Assembly (NCBI GenBank): GCA_019244185.1
Contig: JAFATB010000022.1
Coordinates: 389,586 to 453,585, forward strand
From: Acidobacteriota bacterium
GTDB taxonomy: Bacteria; Acidobacteriota; Thermoanaerobaculia; Gp7-AA8
Direction: 5' to 3'
DNA length: 64,000 nucleotides
A program made the translations under genes and the position numbers. Positions 16,909 to 26,193 of the stretch are shown here, piece by piece. The notes beneath the pieces are model-generated. The model made no database searches, was not told the DNA's origin, and worked only from the letters and a program-made list of their open reading frames with translations. Positions within the stretch are counted from its first letter, which is position 1, and each line of letters begins with the position of its first letter.

Positions 16909-18165
16909 CTATTCGTACCGCAGGGTCGCGGCGGGATCGATGCGCGCGGCGCGGCGGGCGGGGAAGTAGCCGGCCAGCAGGCCGATCACGCCGAGGATCG
17001 CCGACGTGGCGACGCCGATCTCCGGCGAGAGGGTCGGACGTCCGAGGAACGACATGACCTCGTTCTTCTCGATCGGCAGGAACGTCGCGGCGGCGACGAG
17101 CAGCGTGGCGATGCAGATGCCGAGCGCGCCGCCGATGAACGTGTAGACCACGCCTTCGAGCACGAACGGCCAGATGATCCAGCGCGCTTTCGCGCCAAGG
17201 GCCATCTTCACGCCGATCTCGCGCGTGCGTTCCTTCACCACGGCGTACATGATGTTCGCCACGCCGACGCCGCCGATGACGAGCGTGAGCGCGCCGACGA
17301 TGCCGAGGAACATCTGGATGCCGACGAGGATCATCATGGTCTGCTTCGAGCTCTTGACCATGTCCCACGTGCCGAAGGCGCGGTCGTCGGTCGGATCGTA
17401 GCCGTACTTCTTGCCGAGGATCTCGTTGAGGCGTTTCAGCGCGCCGGCCATCTCTTCCGGCTTGTACGTCTCGATGACGAGCACGTTGACCTTGTCGCGG
17501 CCGAACTGCGCCTTCCAGGTCGTGTACGGAATGAGGGCCGAGTTTTTATCCGGACCGCCGTAAACGCCCATCTGCGTCTTTTTCTGCATGACGCCGATGA
17601 CGACGTACGGCGCGTTGTTGACGAGAATGGTCTTGCCGACCGGATCTTCCTTGCCGAAGAGGTCCTGCGCCATCTCGTCGCCGAGGAAGATCACGCGGCG
17701 GCGCTGCTCCTCGTCCGCGGCGTTGATCCAGCGTCCGCCGCGCATCGGATAGTGCACGCGGCTCTCGCCGTACGAGCGCTGCGCGCCGATGACGCGGCCG
17801 TTGATGGTCTTGCGGCCGTACTGCAGCGCGGTGCGCCACGAGGTGAGCTCGCCGTGCGCGCTCTTGAGCTCCGGCATCTGCGCGCGGATGAGATCGACGT
17901 CGTCGATGCGCGGGCGGATCGGGCGTCCCGGCGGCATGCCCTGCCACGACTTCGACGTCTCGCCCGGCCACATCACGGCGAGATTCTCGCCGGTCGAGCG
18001 GCGGTTCTTGTCCATCTGCCGCTTCAGTCCTTCGCCGAACGCGAGGAGGAGCAGGATCGCGACCGTGCCCCACGCGATCGCGGCGATGGTGAGGAAGGCG
18101 CGCTTCTTCTGCAGCTGGCTGGCGCTGGCGAAGAGCGTGGCGATGACGTGCAGGTCGTTGTTCAT
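16909..18165 (-). CDS. ABC transporter permease, FtsX/MacB-like
   Basis: N-terminal TM then large periplasmic domain, C-terminal FtsX 4-TM (…ERTREIGVKMALGA…). Confidence 0.85.
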   Translation of the reverse strand: MNNDLHVIATLFASASQLQKKRAFLTIAAIAWGTVAILLLLAFGEGLKRQMDKNRRSTGENLAVMWPGETSKSWQGMPPGRPIRPRIDDVDLIRAQMPELKSAHGELTSWRTALQYGRKTINGRVIGAQRSYGESRVHYPMRGGRWINAADEEQRRRVIFLGDEMAQDLFGKEDPVGKTILVNNAPYVVIGVMQKKTQMGVYGGPDKNSALIPYTTWKAQFGRDKVNVLVIETYKPEEMAGALKRLNEILGKKYGYDPTDDRAFGTWDMVKSSKQTMMILVGIQMFLGIVGALTLVIGGVGVANIMYAVVKERTREIGVKMALGAKARWIIWPFVLEGVVYTFIGGALGICIATLLVAAATFLPIEKNEVMSFLGRPTLSPEIGVATSAILGVIGLLAGYFPARRAARIDPAATLRYE

Positions 18166-18177
18166 GGTGGCGGCGCC

Positions 18178-19407
18178 TCAGAGTTTCATGGCAACAACCG
18201 GATCGAGACGCGACGCTTCTTTCGCGGGGAAGTATCCCGCGACGAGGCCGACGATGCCGAGCGCGAGCGCGGTGAAGAGTGCGACGACCGGCGAGACTTC
18301 CGGCTTGCCGACGTATTCGTAGAGCTGCGCCGGGAACACCGCGCAGACGCCGAGCGAGATGGCGAAGCCGATCGCGCCGCCGAAGATCGTGACCAGCAGC
18401 GTCTCGATGAGGAACTGCGTGAGGATCCAGCGCGACTTCGCGCCGAGGGCCATCTTGATGCCGATCTCGCGCGTGCGCTCCTCGACCACGACGTTCATGA
18501 TGTTCGACACGCCGATGCCGCCGACGATCAGCGTGAGCACGCCGACCAATCCGAGGAAGCCGTTGAAGGCGAGCATGAAGATGTCGAAGAAGTGGAACTG
18601 CTCGGTCGTGTCCCACATCGACAGCGCTTCCTTGTCCTCGGGGTCGAAGCGCAGGCGCTTGCCGAACGCCGCGCTGATGTCCTTGATCACCTGCTTCGTC
18701 TCGCCCGAGCTCGCGGCCTGGAAGATCATGTTGTCGACGTACTTGTCGCCGTTGAGCGCGCGGAACGTCGATGACGGGATGAACGCCTTCTCCGCGTCGG
18801 GTCCGCTGTAGTTCGAGTCCTGCGGCTTCTTGATGAGAACGCCGATCACCTGGAACGGCGACTGGTTGAGGAGCACCGTTTTGCCGATCGGGTCGGCGTC
18901 GCCGAAGATGTTCGTCTTGAGGCGGTCGCCGAGGAACATGACGCGGCGCTGGTCGTGGTCGTCGAGCTCGTTGATGAAGCGGCCGCCCGACTGCGGGATC
19001 TCGTTGCGCATCGCGCCGAATTCGGCGGTGACGCCGGAGATGTCGACCGACATCGTCTTCGCGGCGTAGTCGAGCTTCATGTTCGTCTCGTACTCGCCGG
19101 AGATCGCCTTGAGGCCGCGCACCTGCGTGCGCACCGCGGCGATGTCGTCTTCGTTGATGCGCAGCCGCCGTCCCTTGCCGAGGCCCTCGTACGGAATCGA
19201 GGTGAGGCCCGGCCAGGCGATCACGATGCGGTCGCCGAGTCCCGCGGTCTGCTTGATGAGGTTCTTGTGCAGACCGGTGCCGAAGGCGAGCATCAGGCTG
19301 ATGGCGACGGTGCCCCACACGATCCCGAAGATGGTGAGGAACGTGCGCAACTTCTCGTTGCGCACGTCGCGGATCAGCTGGCGGAAGACGTCTTTGAAGG
19401 TGACCAT
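18178..19407 (-). CDS. ABC transporter permease, FtsX/MacB-like (second copy)
   Basis: paralogous to 16909-18165 (…ERTREIGIKMALGA…). Confidence 0.85.
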   Translation of the reverse strand: MVTFKDVFRQLIRDVRNEKLRTFLTIFGIVWGTVAISLMLAFGTGLHKNLIKQTAGLGDRIVIAWPGLTSIPYEGLGKGRRLRINEDDIAAVRTQVRGLKAISGEYETNMKLDYAAKTMSVDISGVTAEFGAMRNEIPQSGGRFINELDDHDQRRVMFLGDRLKTNIFGDADPIGKTVLLNQSPFQVIGVLIKKPQDSNYSGPDAEKAFIPSSTFRALNGDKYVDNMIFQAASSGETKQVIKDISAAFGKRLRFDPEDKEALSMWDTTEQFHFFDIFMLAFNGFLGLVGVLTLIVGGIGVSNIMNVVVEERTREIGIKMALGAKSRWILTQFLIETLLVTIFGGAIGFAISLGVCAVFPAQLYEYVGKPEVSPVVALFTALALGIVGLVAGYFPAKEASRLDPVVAMKL

Positions 19408-19411
19408 GGTC

Positions 19412-20515
19412 CTACGAGATTTCTTTCGGCGGACGCTCGACGACCTTGTCGCCTTTCTTGAGACCGGAGAGGATCTCGATGTTCAGACCGTCGGAGATAC
19501 CGGTCTTGATCTCGACCTTCTTCGGCTCGATCTTCGGATCGCCGCTCGGCAGCTCGACGAATGCCTTCTTGCCGCCGTCGTCGAACGAGACCAGGCGTTC
19601 CGGCAGCACGAGCACGTCTTTCTTCTCGCGGATGATGACGTCGGCGTTCGCGGAGTAGCCGGCGCGCAGCGTGATCTTCTGGCCCGCATCGAGCTCGATC
19701 TCGACGTCGAAGAGCGTGGCGCCTTCCTTCTGCTGCGCCTGCGGCGCGATGCGCGAGACCCTGCCGGTGACGACGTCGGTCGGCAGCGCGCCGACTTTGA
19801 TGCGCGTGGTCATGCCCACCGAGAGCTTGCCGACGTCGATCTCGTCGACGGTGCCTTTGAAGATGAGGTCGGACATATCGGCGATGGTGGCCATCTCGGT
19901 GCCCGGTTGGTACGAGGTGAGCGGGACGATCGGATCGCCTTCGTTGACCGAGCGGCTGAGCACCGTGCCGGCGGCCGGCGCGCGGATGATGGATTCCTGT
20001 CCGCCGGTGGAGGCGAGGCGTCCTTTGCGCGTGAGCTCGCGGTTCTGCTGCGCGCGCGTCAGCGCCACGCGCGCGAGCTCGTACGCTTCTTTCTTCTGAT
20101 CGACGTCCGACTTCGGCAGGACGCCGTTGCGCGAGAGCTCCGTCGCCCGCTGATAGTCGCTCTCCGCGCGCCGGAACGACGCCTCGGCCGAATCGACCGA
20201 GCGATCGACTTCCGTCACCTCGAGCGGCGTCGGATCGGCCGCGATCTCGAACAGCGCATCGCCGGCTTTCACCGTGTCGCCGACCTGGACGAGCGTGCGC
20301 CGCACGATCCCCGAGATCTTCGACTTCACCTGGAACTTCTGCCGCGGCTGGATCTGTCCGACGGCGACCGCCTTCTCGACGATCGTTCCCTGCGTGACCT
20401 CGACCTGCTTGAGGCCGCCGTCTTTCTTCTGGCTGCTGCGGACGTACGCGTACGCGCCGGCGCTGAGCGCCGCGAGGATGATCAGCAGCAGCAGGATCTT
20501 CCAAAGTCTCGACAT
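19412..20515 (-). CDS. HlyD-family periplasmic adaptor (membrane fusion protein)
   Basis: N-terminal TM, coiled-coil, beta-barrel/lipoyl-like motifs; first gene of efflux operon. Confidence 0.85.
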   Translation of the reverse strand: MSRLWKILLLLIILAALSAGAYAYVRSSQKKDGGLKQVEVTQGTIVEKAVAVGQIQPRQKFQVKSKISGIVRRTLVQVGDTVKAGDALFEIAADPTPLEVTEVDRSVDSAEASFRRAESDYQRATELSRNGVLPKSDVDQKKEAYELARVALTRAQQNRELTRKGRLASTGGQESIIRAPAAGTVLSRSVNEGDPIVPLTSYQPGTEMATIADMSDLIFKGTVDEIDVGKLSVGMTTRIKVGALPTDVVTGRVSRIAPQAQQKEGATLFDVEIELDAGQKITLRAGYSANADVIIREKKDVLVLPERLVSFDDGGKKAFVELPSGDPKIEPKKVEIKTGISDGLNIEILSGLKKGDKVVERPPKEIS

Positions 20516-20593
20516 GACGTAGCTCTCCTGATGATGTGGAGTTACGCCAGTTGAGACGAAAGGTTGCAGCAGAAGGTTAGGAGGCGCAGGCCG

Positions 20594-21328
20594 TCATGCG
20601 CCTTTCACCCCAAACCTCTCGAGGTTCGCGCGGCACCGGCGGCTCACCGGCAATTCCGCGCCGCCGCGCAGGATGACCTGCGCGCGTCCGAAGAAGTCGC
20701 GGATCTCGCGGATGGCGTCGATCTGCACGAGCGCGCGGCGGTGGATGCGCACGAAGCGGCGCGGATCGAGACGTTGCTCGAAGGACTGCAGCGTCCCGCG
20801 ATGGACGTACTTTGCGCCGCCGGCGTGCACGGCGACGTAATTGCCGATCGACTCGACCCAGTCGATGGCGGCGGTGCGGATGAAGAGCGCGCGCTCGTCG
20901 TGGCGGACGAGGAGGCGATCTGCAAACGGGGCAGGCCGGCTCGGCGCGGCGCCGGTTTCGTCCGCGCGCCGCAAGTTGCGGCGGATGCGCGCGAGCGTCT
21001 CGGCGAAGCGGCGGTCGTCGATCGGCTTGAGGACGTAGTCGAGCGCCGCGCGATCGAAGGCGTCGATCGCGTACGCGTCGTACGCGGTGACGAAGACGGT
21101 GAGCGGCATCTCGTCGATCCCGACGGCCTCCACGACTTCGAGGCCGCTCATCTCCGGCATCTGCACGTCGAGGAACACGACGTCGGGTTGCACGCGCTCG
21201 ATCGCCGTCACGGCCTCGCGTCCGTCGCTGCATTCGCCGGCGATCAAGACGTCGTTCTCGCGGGAGAGCAGCTGCACGAGGCGCAGGCGCGCGAGCGGCT
21301 CGTCGTCGACGATGAGGACGCGCATCAT
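20594..21328 (-). CDS. LytTR-family two-component response regulator
   Basis: REC domain VLIVDDEPLAR...DVVFLDVQMP plus C-terminal LytTR DNA-binding domain. Confidence 0.85.
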   Translation of the reverse strand: MMRVLIVDDEPLARLRLVQLLSRENDVLIAGECSDGREAVTAIERVQPDVVFLDVQMPEMSGLEVVEAVGIDEMPLTVFVTAYDAYAIDAFDRAALDYVLKPIDDRRFAETLARIRRNLRRADETGAAPSRPAPFADRLLVRHDERALFIRTAAIDWVESIGNYVAVHAGGAKYVHRGTLQSFEQRLDPRRFVRIHRRALVQIDAIREIRDFFGRAQVILRGGAELPVSRRCRANLERFGVKGA

Positions 21329-22401
21329 CCGCGCTCCTTCGCGAAGTGCAGCGGCACTTCAATCCGCGCCACGACGCCGCTCGGCTCGCGGTTGCGCAGC
21401 TCGAACGCGTACGCGTCGCCGTAGAGATGCTCGAGACGCGCGACGGTGTTGCGGATGCCGATGCCGCCGCGCCGCGGCTCGTCGCGCAGGCCGCGCCCGT
21501 CGTCTTCGACGCGGATCGCGAGCCGCTCGCCGTGCGGCGCGACGGAAACGTGCACCGAGCCGCCGCCGCGCGCCGCGGCGATGCCGTGGCGGATCGCGTT
21601 CTCGACGAGCGGCTGCAGGATGAAGCGCGGCACGAGCGCGCGGCGGACGACGGCGTCGATGTCGATGTCGACGCGCAGGCGCTCGCCGAGGCGCGCCTGT
21701 TCGACGGCGAGGTAATCGCGCAGCAGCTCCTCCTCGCGCGCGACCGTCGTCTCCGCGGCGCCGCTGTCGTCGAGAAACGCGCGCAGGAGATTGGCGAGGC
21801 CGAGGAGCATGCGATGCGCGGCGTCGACGTCCTGATGCATCAGCGCGGAGATCCCGTTGAGCGCGTTGAAGAGGAAATGCGGCTGCATCTGGTTCTGCAA
21901 CGCGAGCAGCCGCGCCTCGCCGAGCTGGCGTTCGCGCTCGGCCGCGGCCTCGCGCTGCGCGCGCTCGCGTACGGTGACCTCGTGGACGATGACCAGCGCG
22001 AAGTAGGTGATGACGTTCGCGAAGAACGTGCGGCCGATCAGCGAGGAGATCCCCTCGGCGACCGCCGCGAGCGTCCACTGGCCGTGAATGAGCGGCTGAT
22101 CGAGCGTCGCGCGCACGACGATCTGGATGAGCGCGACGGCGACCGCCGCCGGCACGTGCACGGCGTACGACGACGCGCGACCGAGGCGGAAGCGCTGCGC
22201 GAGCGCGAAAACCGGCGCGAGCAGGAGCAGCCACGGTGCCCAGTGCGCGGTCGACTCCGCGAGCTCGGTGAGCCACGGCGCGCGGTCGCCGCGACTGTGG
22301 AGGAAGACGACGAGGTGGACGGCATACAGAACGGTTGCCGCCGCGAAGATCGTCGCGATCAGCGTGGCGGACGGGCCGCCGCGTCGCCGAGGTAGCGGCA
22401 T
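21325..22401 (-). CDS. Sensor histidine kinase, LytS/His_kinase (PF06580) type
   Basis: multi-TM N-term, QMQPHFLFNALNGISAL motif, HATPase_c; start 22401 (MPLPRRRGG) or 22437. Confidence 0.8.
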   Translation of the reverse strand: MPLPRRRGGPSATLIATIFAAATVLYAVHLVVFLHSRGDRAPWLTELAESTAHWAPWLLLLAPVFALAQRFRLGRASSYAVHVPAAVAVALIQIVVRATLDQPLIHGQWTLAAVAEGISSLIGRTFFANVITYFALVIVHEVTVRERAQREAAAERERQLGEARLLALQNQMQPHFLFNALNGISALMHQDVDAAHRMLLGLANLLRAFLDDSGAAETTVAREEELLRDYLAVEQARLGERLRVDIDIDAVVRRALVPRFILQPLVENAIRHGIAAARGGGSVHVSVAPHGERLAIRVEDDGRGLRDEPRRGGIGIRNTVARLEHLYGDAYAFELRNREPSGVVARIEVPLHFAKERG

Positions 22402-22464
22402 GCGCTCACTATGCCGCGCGGCGGGGGAGACGTCCATGTGGCGGTGATGAGCGGTCGTGACGCA

Positions 22465-22490
22465 TGACGAACGGCGCGCGCCGTTCGTCA
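22465..22490. promoter_or_regulatory. 26-nt perfect palindrome TGACGAACGGCGCG|CGCCGTTCGTCA in divergent promoter region, with two further direct copies of CCGTTCG(T/C) at 22521-22540
   Basis: read directly; lies between divergent LytS-like HK gene and DUF5916 gene. Confidence 0.45.
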
Positions 22491-22574
22491 CGCGCTTTCG
22501 CCGCTCGTTGCGCGATCGGACCGTTCGTCACCGTTCGCGCGACGCGTGCGCGGCTGCCGCGTACGTTGGTGCCG

Positions 22575-24728
22575 ATGCGTCGTCCGGTCCTCGCCGCGCT
22601 GTTCTCGCTCTTCATCTGCACGCGCGCGTTCGCGCTCGACATCGCGCGGCTGACGGCGGCGCCGGTCATCGACGGCGCGTTGGACGATGCGGCGTGGAGC
22701 AACGTGCCGGTCGCCGCGTCGTGGTACGACTTCGATCCCGGCGACAACGTCGCGCCGCCGGTGCGCACCGAAGCGCGCGTCGCCATCGACGGCGCGAACC
22801 TCTACGTCGCGTTCCGCTGCTTCGATCCGCATCCGGGCGAGATCCGCGCCCCGTTCTCCGCGCGCGATGCGATCGCGAGCGACGTCGACTACGCCGGCAT
22901 CTTCGTCGACTCGCACGGCGACGGACGCAGCGCGCAGTTCTTCCTCGGAAACGCGCGCGGCGTGCAGCGCGACGGCATCCGCAACGACGCCACCGGCGAC
23001 GAGACCATCGATCCCGATTTTCTTTGGGACGCCGCCGCGCGCATCGACGCGGAAGGATGGACGCTCGAGCTGCGCATCCCGCTGGCGTCGCTGCGCTATT
23101 CGTCCGATGCGCCGCGCTGGCGCGTGCTGCTCGTGCGCAACTGGACGCGCGGGCAGCGGCATCGCATCGCGTCGACGCCCATCCCGCGCGGGTCGAGCTG
23201 CATCGTCTGCCACGCGGACGTCGTCGGGGGACTCGAGCTGCCGCGCGCCGCGCACGTGACGGCGGTGCCGTACGTCGCCGCGAGCAGGGAAGGCGGGCGG
23301 ATGAAGTCGGAGGCCGGCGGCGATCTGCAGTACGCGCCGACGCCGAACGTCATCGTCGATGCGACGCTCAATCCCGATTTCTCGCAGGTCGAGTCGGACA
23401 CGCCGGAGGTGTCGGCGAATCAGCGCTTCGCGATTTTCTATCCCGAGAAGCGGCCGTTATTTCTCGAAGGATTGCAACTCTTCGACACGCCGCTGCCGGT
23501 CGTCTCCACGCGCACGATCACGTCGCCGCGCTGGGGCGCGCGCGTCACGCGCACGTCCGACCGCGGCGGTTTCACGTTGCTCGTCGCGCAGGACCGCGGC
23601 GGCGGAACGGTGATCATCCCCGGACGTCTCTCGTCGTCGTTCGCGCCGCAGGCGTTCCGCTCGCTCGACTGGATCGCGCGCGGCTCGTCGAACTTCGGCT
23701 CCGTGAAGCTCGGCGCGGTGGCCACGGATCGCGAAGTCTCCGGCGGCGGCAACAATCGCGTCGTCGGCGCGGACGTGCAGTGGACGCGCCGCGACGTCGA
23801 CGTCGTCACCGCCGAGCTCCTCGGCAGCCGCAGCAAGACGCCCGTGCGTCCCGACCTCGCCGCGGAGTGGGACGGACGCACCCCGAGCGGCACCGCCGCG
23901 AACGTGATCTGGAAACACGCCACGGCGCGCTGGGATTGGTACGACCAGTACATCGGCTTCAGCGACGGCTTCCGCGCCGATCACGGCTTCGTCCCGCAGG
24001 TCGGCTTCCACGAGCTGTACACGAATACGGGCTACACCGTTCGTCCGCGCGGATTTCTGAACAACATTCGCTTCTACGTCACGACCGACTATGAGGCCGA
24101 TCCCGAGGGCGACGTCATCTACCACGTCGACACGACCGGCGCGGACATGCTCGGCGCGCACAACTCGATGTTCCGCGCGCGCTTCGCCGCCGGCGAGCTG
24201 CGCGCGGGCTCGAAGACGATCCGCCGCAATCAATTGCTCTTCATCGCGCAGGCGAGTCCGTCGAAACGCTGGACGCTCGTCGGCGCCGAGGGCTCGATCG
24301 GACAGCAGATCGACTTCGACGCGGAGCGTCGCGGCACCGGCGCGGCGATCCACTACTACGCCGCGATTCAGCCGCTCGACCGGCTCGAGGTCGCGCTCGA
24401 CGGAAATCTCAATTGGGCCGGCCGCAACGGCGAAGGGCGCTTCTTCACCGCGCAGACCGAGCGGCTGCGCACGACGTGGGCGTTCGACGTGCGCTCGTCG
24501 TTGCGCGCAATCGTGCAGAACGAGCGGACCGTCCGCGCGGCAACGCCGGACGCCGCCGGCCGCGACGGCTCGCTCACCGCGTCGCTGCTCTTCCAGTACC
24601 GCCTCACGTACGCGACCGGACTCTTCATCGGCGCGGGCGACAGCCGCGTGCTCGATCCGGCGAACGCCGCGTGGCGTGCGCGGGACCGCTCGCTGTTCGT
24701 GAAAGTGTCGTACGGGGTGGGGCGATGA
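22575..24728 (+). CDS. DUF5916 / carbohydrate-binding family 9-like secreted protein (paralog 1)
   Basis: signal peptide MRRPVLAALFSLFICTRAFA; CBM9-like N-domain (WYDFDPGDN..., GWTLELRIPLASLRY) followed by long beta-rich region. Confidence 0.75.
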   Translation: MRRPVLAALFSLFICTRAFALDIARLTAAPVIDGALDDAAWSNVPVAASWYDFDPGDNVAPPVRTEARVAIDGANLYVAFRCFDPHPGEIRAPFSARDAIASDVDYAGIFVDSHGDGRSAQFFLGNARGVQRDGIRNDATGDETIDPDFLWDAAARIDAEGWTLELRIPLASLRYSSDAPRWRVLLVRNWTRGQRHRIASTPIPRGSSCIVCHADVVGGLELPRAAHVTAVPYVAASREGGRMKSEAGGDLQYAPTPNVIVDATLNPDFSQVESDTPEVSANQRFAIFYPEKRPLFLEGLQLFDTPLPVVSTRTITSPRWGARVTRTSDRGGFTLLVAQDRGGGTVIIPGRLSSSFAPQAFRSLDWIARGSSNFGSVKLGAVATDREVSGGGNNRVVGADVQWTRRDVDVVTAELLGSRSKTPVRPDLAAEWDGRTPSGTAANVIWKHATARWDWYDQYIGFSDGFRADHGFVPQVGFHELYTNTGYTVRPRGFLNNIRFYVTTDYEADPEGDVIYHVDTTGADMLGAHNSMFRARFAAGELRAGSKTIRRNQLLFIAQASPSKRWTLVGAEGSIGQQIDFDAERRGTGAAIHYYAAIQPLDRLEVALDGNLNWAGRNGEGRFFTAQTERLRTTWAFDVRSSLRAIVQNERTVRAATPDAAGRDGSLTASLLFQYRLTYATGLFIGAGDSRVLDPANAAWRARDRSLFVKVSYGVGR

Positions 24729-24744
24729 CGTGTTCCAGCCCGAG

Positions 24745-25305
24745 TCACGTGCCCGATTCATGCGTCTGATGGATCGACGCGTGATCGAGATGCCATACGC
24801 GATCTTGCGGCGATGCGCCGTCGACGACGGATCGTCTCAGCGTGTAGCTTCCGACGAAGCGTTGCACCGTACCGGACTTCGCCGTCGATGTAATCGCGAT
24901 CGGCACCTCGATGTAGCGCGATCCCGCGGCGCCCTCGATGCGCGACGGCGTGCCGGTCGTCGCGTTTACGGACGCGGTATCGGCGAATCCCTGGATGAAT
25001 TTTGCTCGCGTTTGGCCCGGCGGTCCTGACGAGCCCCACGATGCATAGGCTCGGTCATAGTCATGCGATGCAATCGCTCGATAGTAGTCACGAACGACGG
25101 CGACGGCCTTCTGCGCATCGGTTTCGACCGCGGCACCTTCCACGACGCCCTCGGGTGCAAGCTCGCTCGCTGCACTATGCGAAACGCGATTCGTGGGAGC
25201 GGCGCCGACGCTCGTTCCGCTTGCGCCAGGATCGCCTGCGCGCCTGCAGGACGACACGAAGCACATGACGACGAAAGCGGAGCCGAGGATGCGCGCACGA
25301 CGCAT
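24745..25305 (-). CDS. Lipoprotein, hypothetical
   Basis: signal peptide + Cys (VVMCFVSSC), no recognisable domain. Confidence 0.5.
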   Translation of the reverse strand: MRRARILGSAFVVMCFVSSCRRAGDPGASGTSVGAAPTNRVSHSAASELAPEGVVEGAAVETDAQKAVAVVRDYYRAIASHDYDRAYASWGSSGPPGQTRAKFIQGFADTASVNATTGTPSRIEGAAGSRYIEVPIAITSTAKSGTVQRFVGSYTLRRSVVDGASPQDRVWHLDHASIHQTHESGT

Positions 25306-25352
25306 ACCCGACTCGATGCAGAAGTCGCACCGTGGCGGACGTCACGCCCGCC

Positions 25353-25580
25353 CTAGTCCGGCAGGGCGATCTCCGACCACGGCAGCTTCCGAACCGCGAG
25401 GACGCGCGCGTCCAACTCGTCCTGAGTGGCCGTGTTGCCGAGGACGCGCTGAACGTACGAAACCTCGGTCGAAACCAGCTTCGCGTTCAAGAGGCGTGTG
25501 GCAGCCTTCCTGACGTTCAACTCGGAGACTGCAACTTTCGGGACTCTCAGAGACGGTTGAACTTTCGTAATCTTCTTCAT
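25353..25580 (-). CDS. Small hypothetical protein (75 aa)
   Basis: AAGGA RBS 7 nt before ATG (MKKITKVQPS...), lower-GC region. Confidence 0.45.
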   Translation of the reverse strand: MKKITKVQPSLRVPKVAVSELNVRKAATRLLNAKLVSTEVSYVQRVLGNTATQDELDARVLAVRKLPWSEIALPD

Positions 25581-25636
25581 TGCGATCCTTTTCGACGAAG
25601 TGCGTGAAGCGTCGGATTGACCTGTGACGATCACTC

Positions 25637-25915
25637 TCAGTTGCCGGCGACCGGGGGAGTCGGGGTCGGGCCGTTTTTGCGCGCGCGTGCTTCGCTGACT
25701 TTCAGCGGCTGTCCGTTGAACTCTTTGCCGTCGAGTCCCGTGACGGCCGCGCGAGCGTGGTCGTCATTGGCGTATTCGGCGAATCCAAACCCCTTCGATG
25801 CGCCATCGCGATCCTGCGCCAGCTCGACCGACGTGGTTTCGCCGAAGGGCTTGACGAGGTCCGCGAGCTGGCTTTGGGTGATTTCCTTCGAGAGATTTCC
25901 GATGTGCAGTTTCAT
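25637..25915 (-). CDS. RRM-type RNA-binding protein (RNP-1/RNP-2)
   Basis: MKLHIGNLS (RNP-2) and KGFGFAEY (RNP-1) motifs, 92 aa. Confidence 0.85.
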   Translation of the reverse strand: MKLHIGNLSKEITQSQLADLVKPFGETTSVELAQDRDGASKGFGFAEYANDDHARAAVTGLDGKEFNGQPLKVSEARARKNGPTPTPPVAGN

Positions 25916-26193
25916 GGATGCTCCTGGCCGGTTTGGCCGTTCCGCTACCTCTCCGGGCGCACGTCGGGTGCTGGCGCAGAAGCCGGTATCGAATGTGGGG
26001 GGATCTAAGAGGCTGGGTTCAGAATCGCTGACTTAGTTCAACTGATCTGAGGGCGAGGAAGTTTCCTCGACTCGTTCACTCTACACGGTTTCTCCCGGTA
26101 AGTCGACGCGCGACTGCGCGCGCGGGCTGCGCCGCCCATGCTCCATTCTTCAATCGCGCTGCAAGCGCGCGCGTCTTCACGCGCCGCCGTTTC

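Noticed and set aside
22464-22491. Identical MTNGARRSS N-termini of the minus-strand kinase ORF and the plus-strand DUF5916 ORF in the ORF track
   Set aside because: This is an artefact of the perfect palindrome in the intergenic region. The real starts are downstream (22401/22437 for the kinase and ATG 22575 with a signal peptide for DUF5916).
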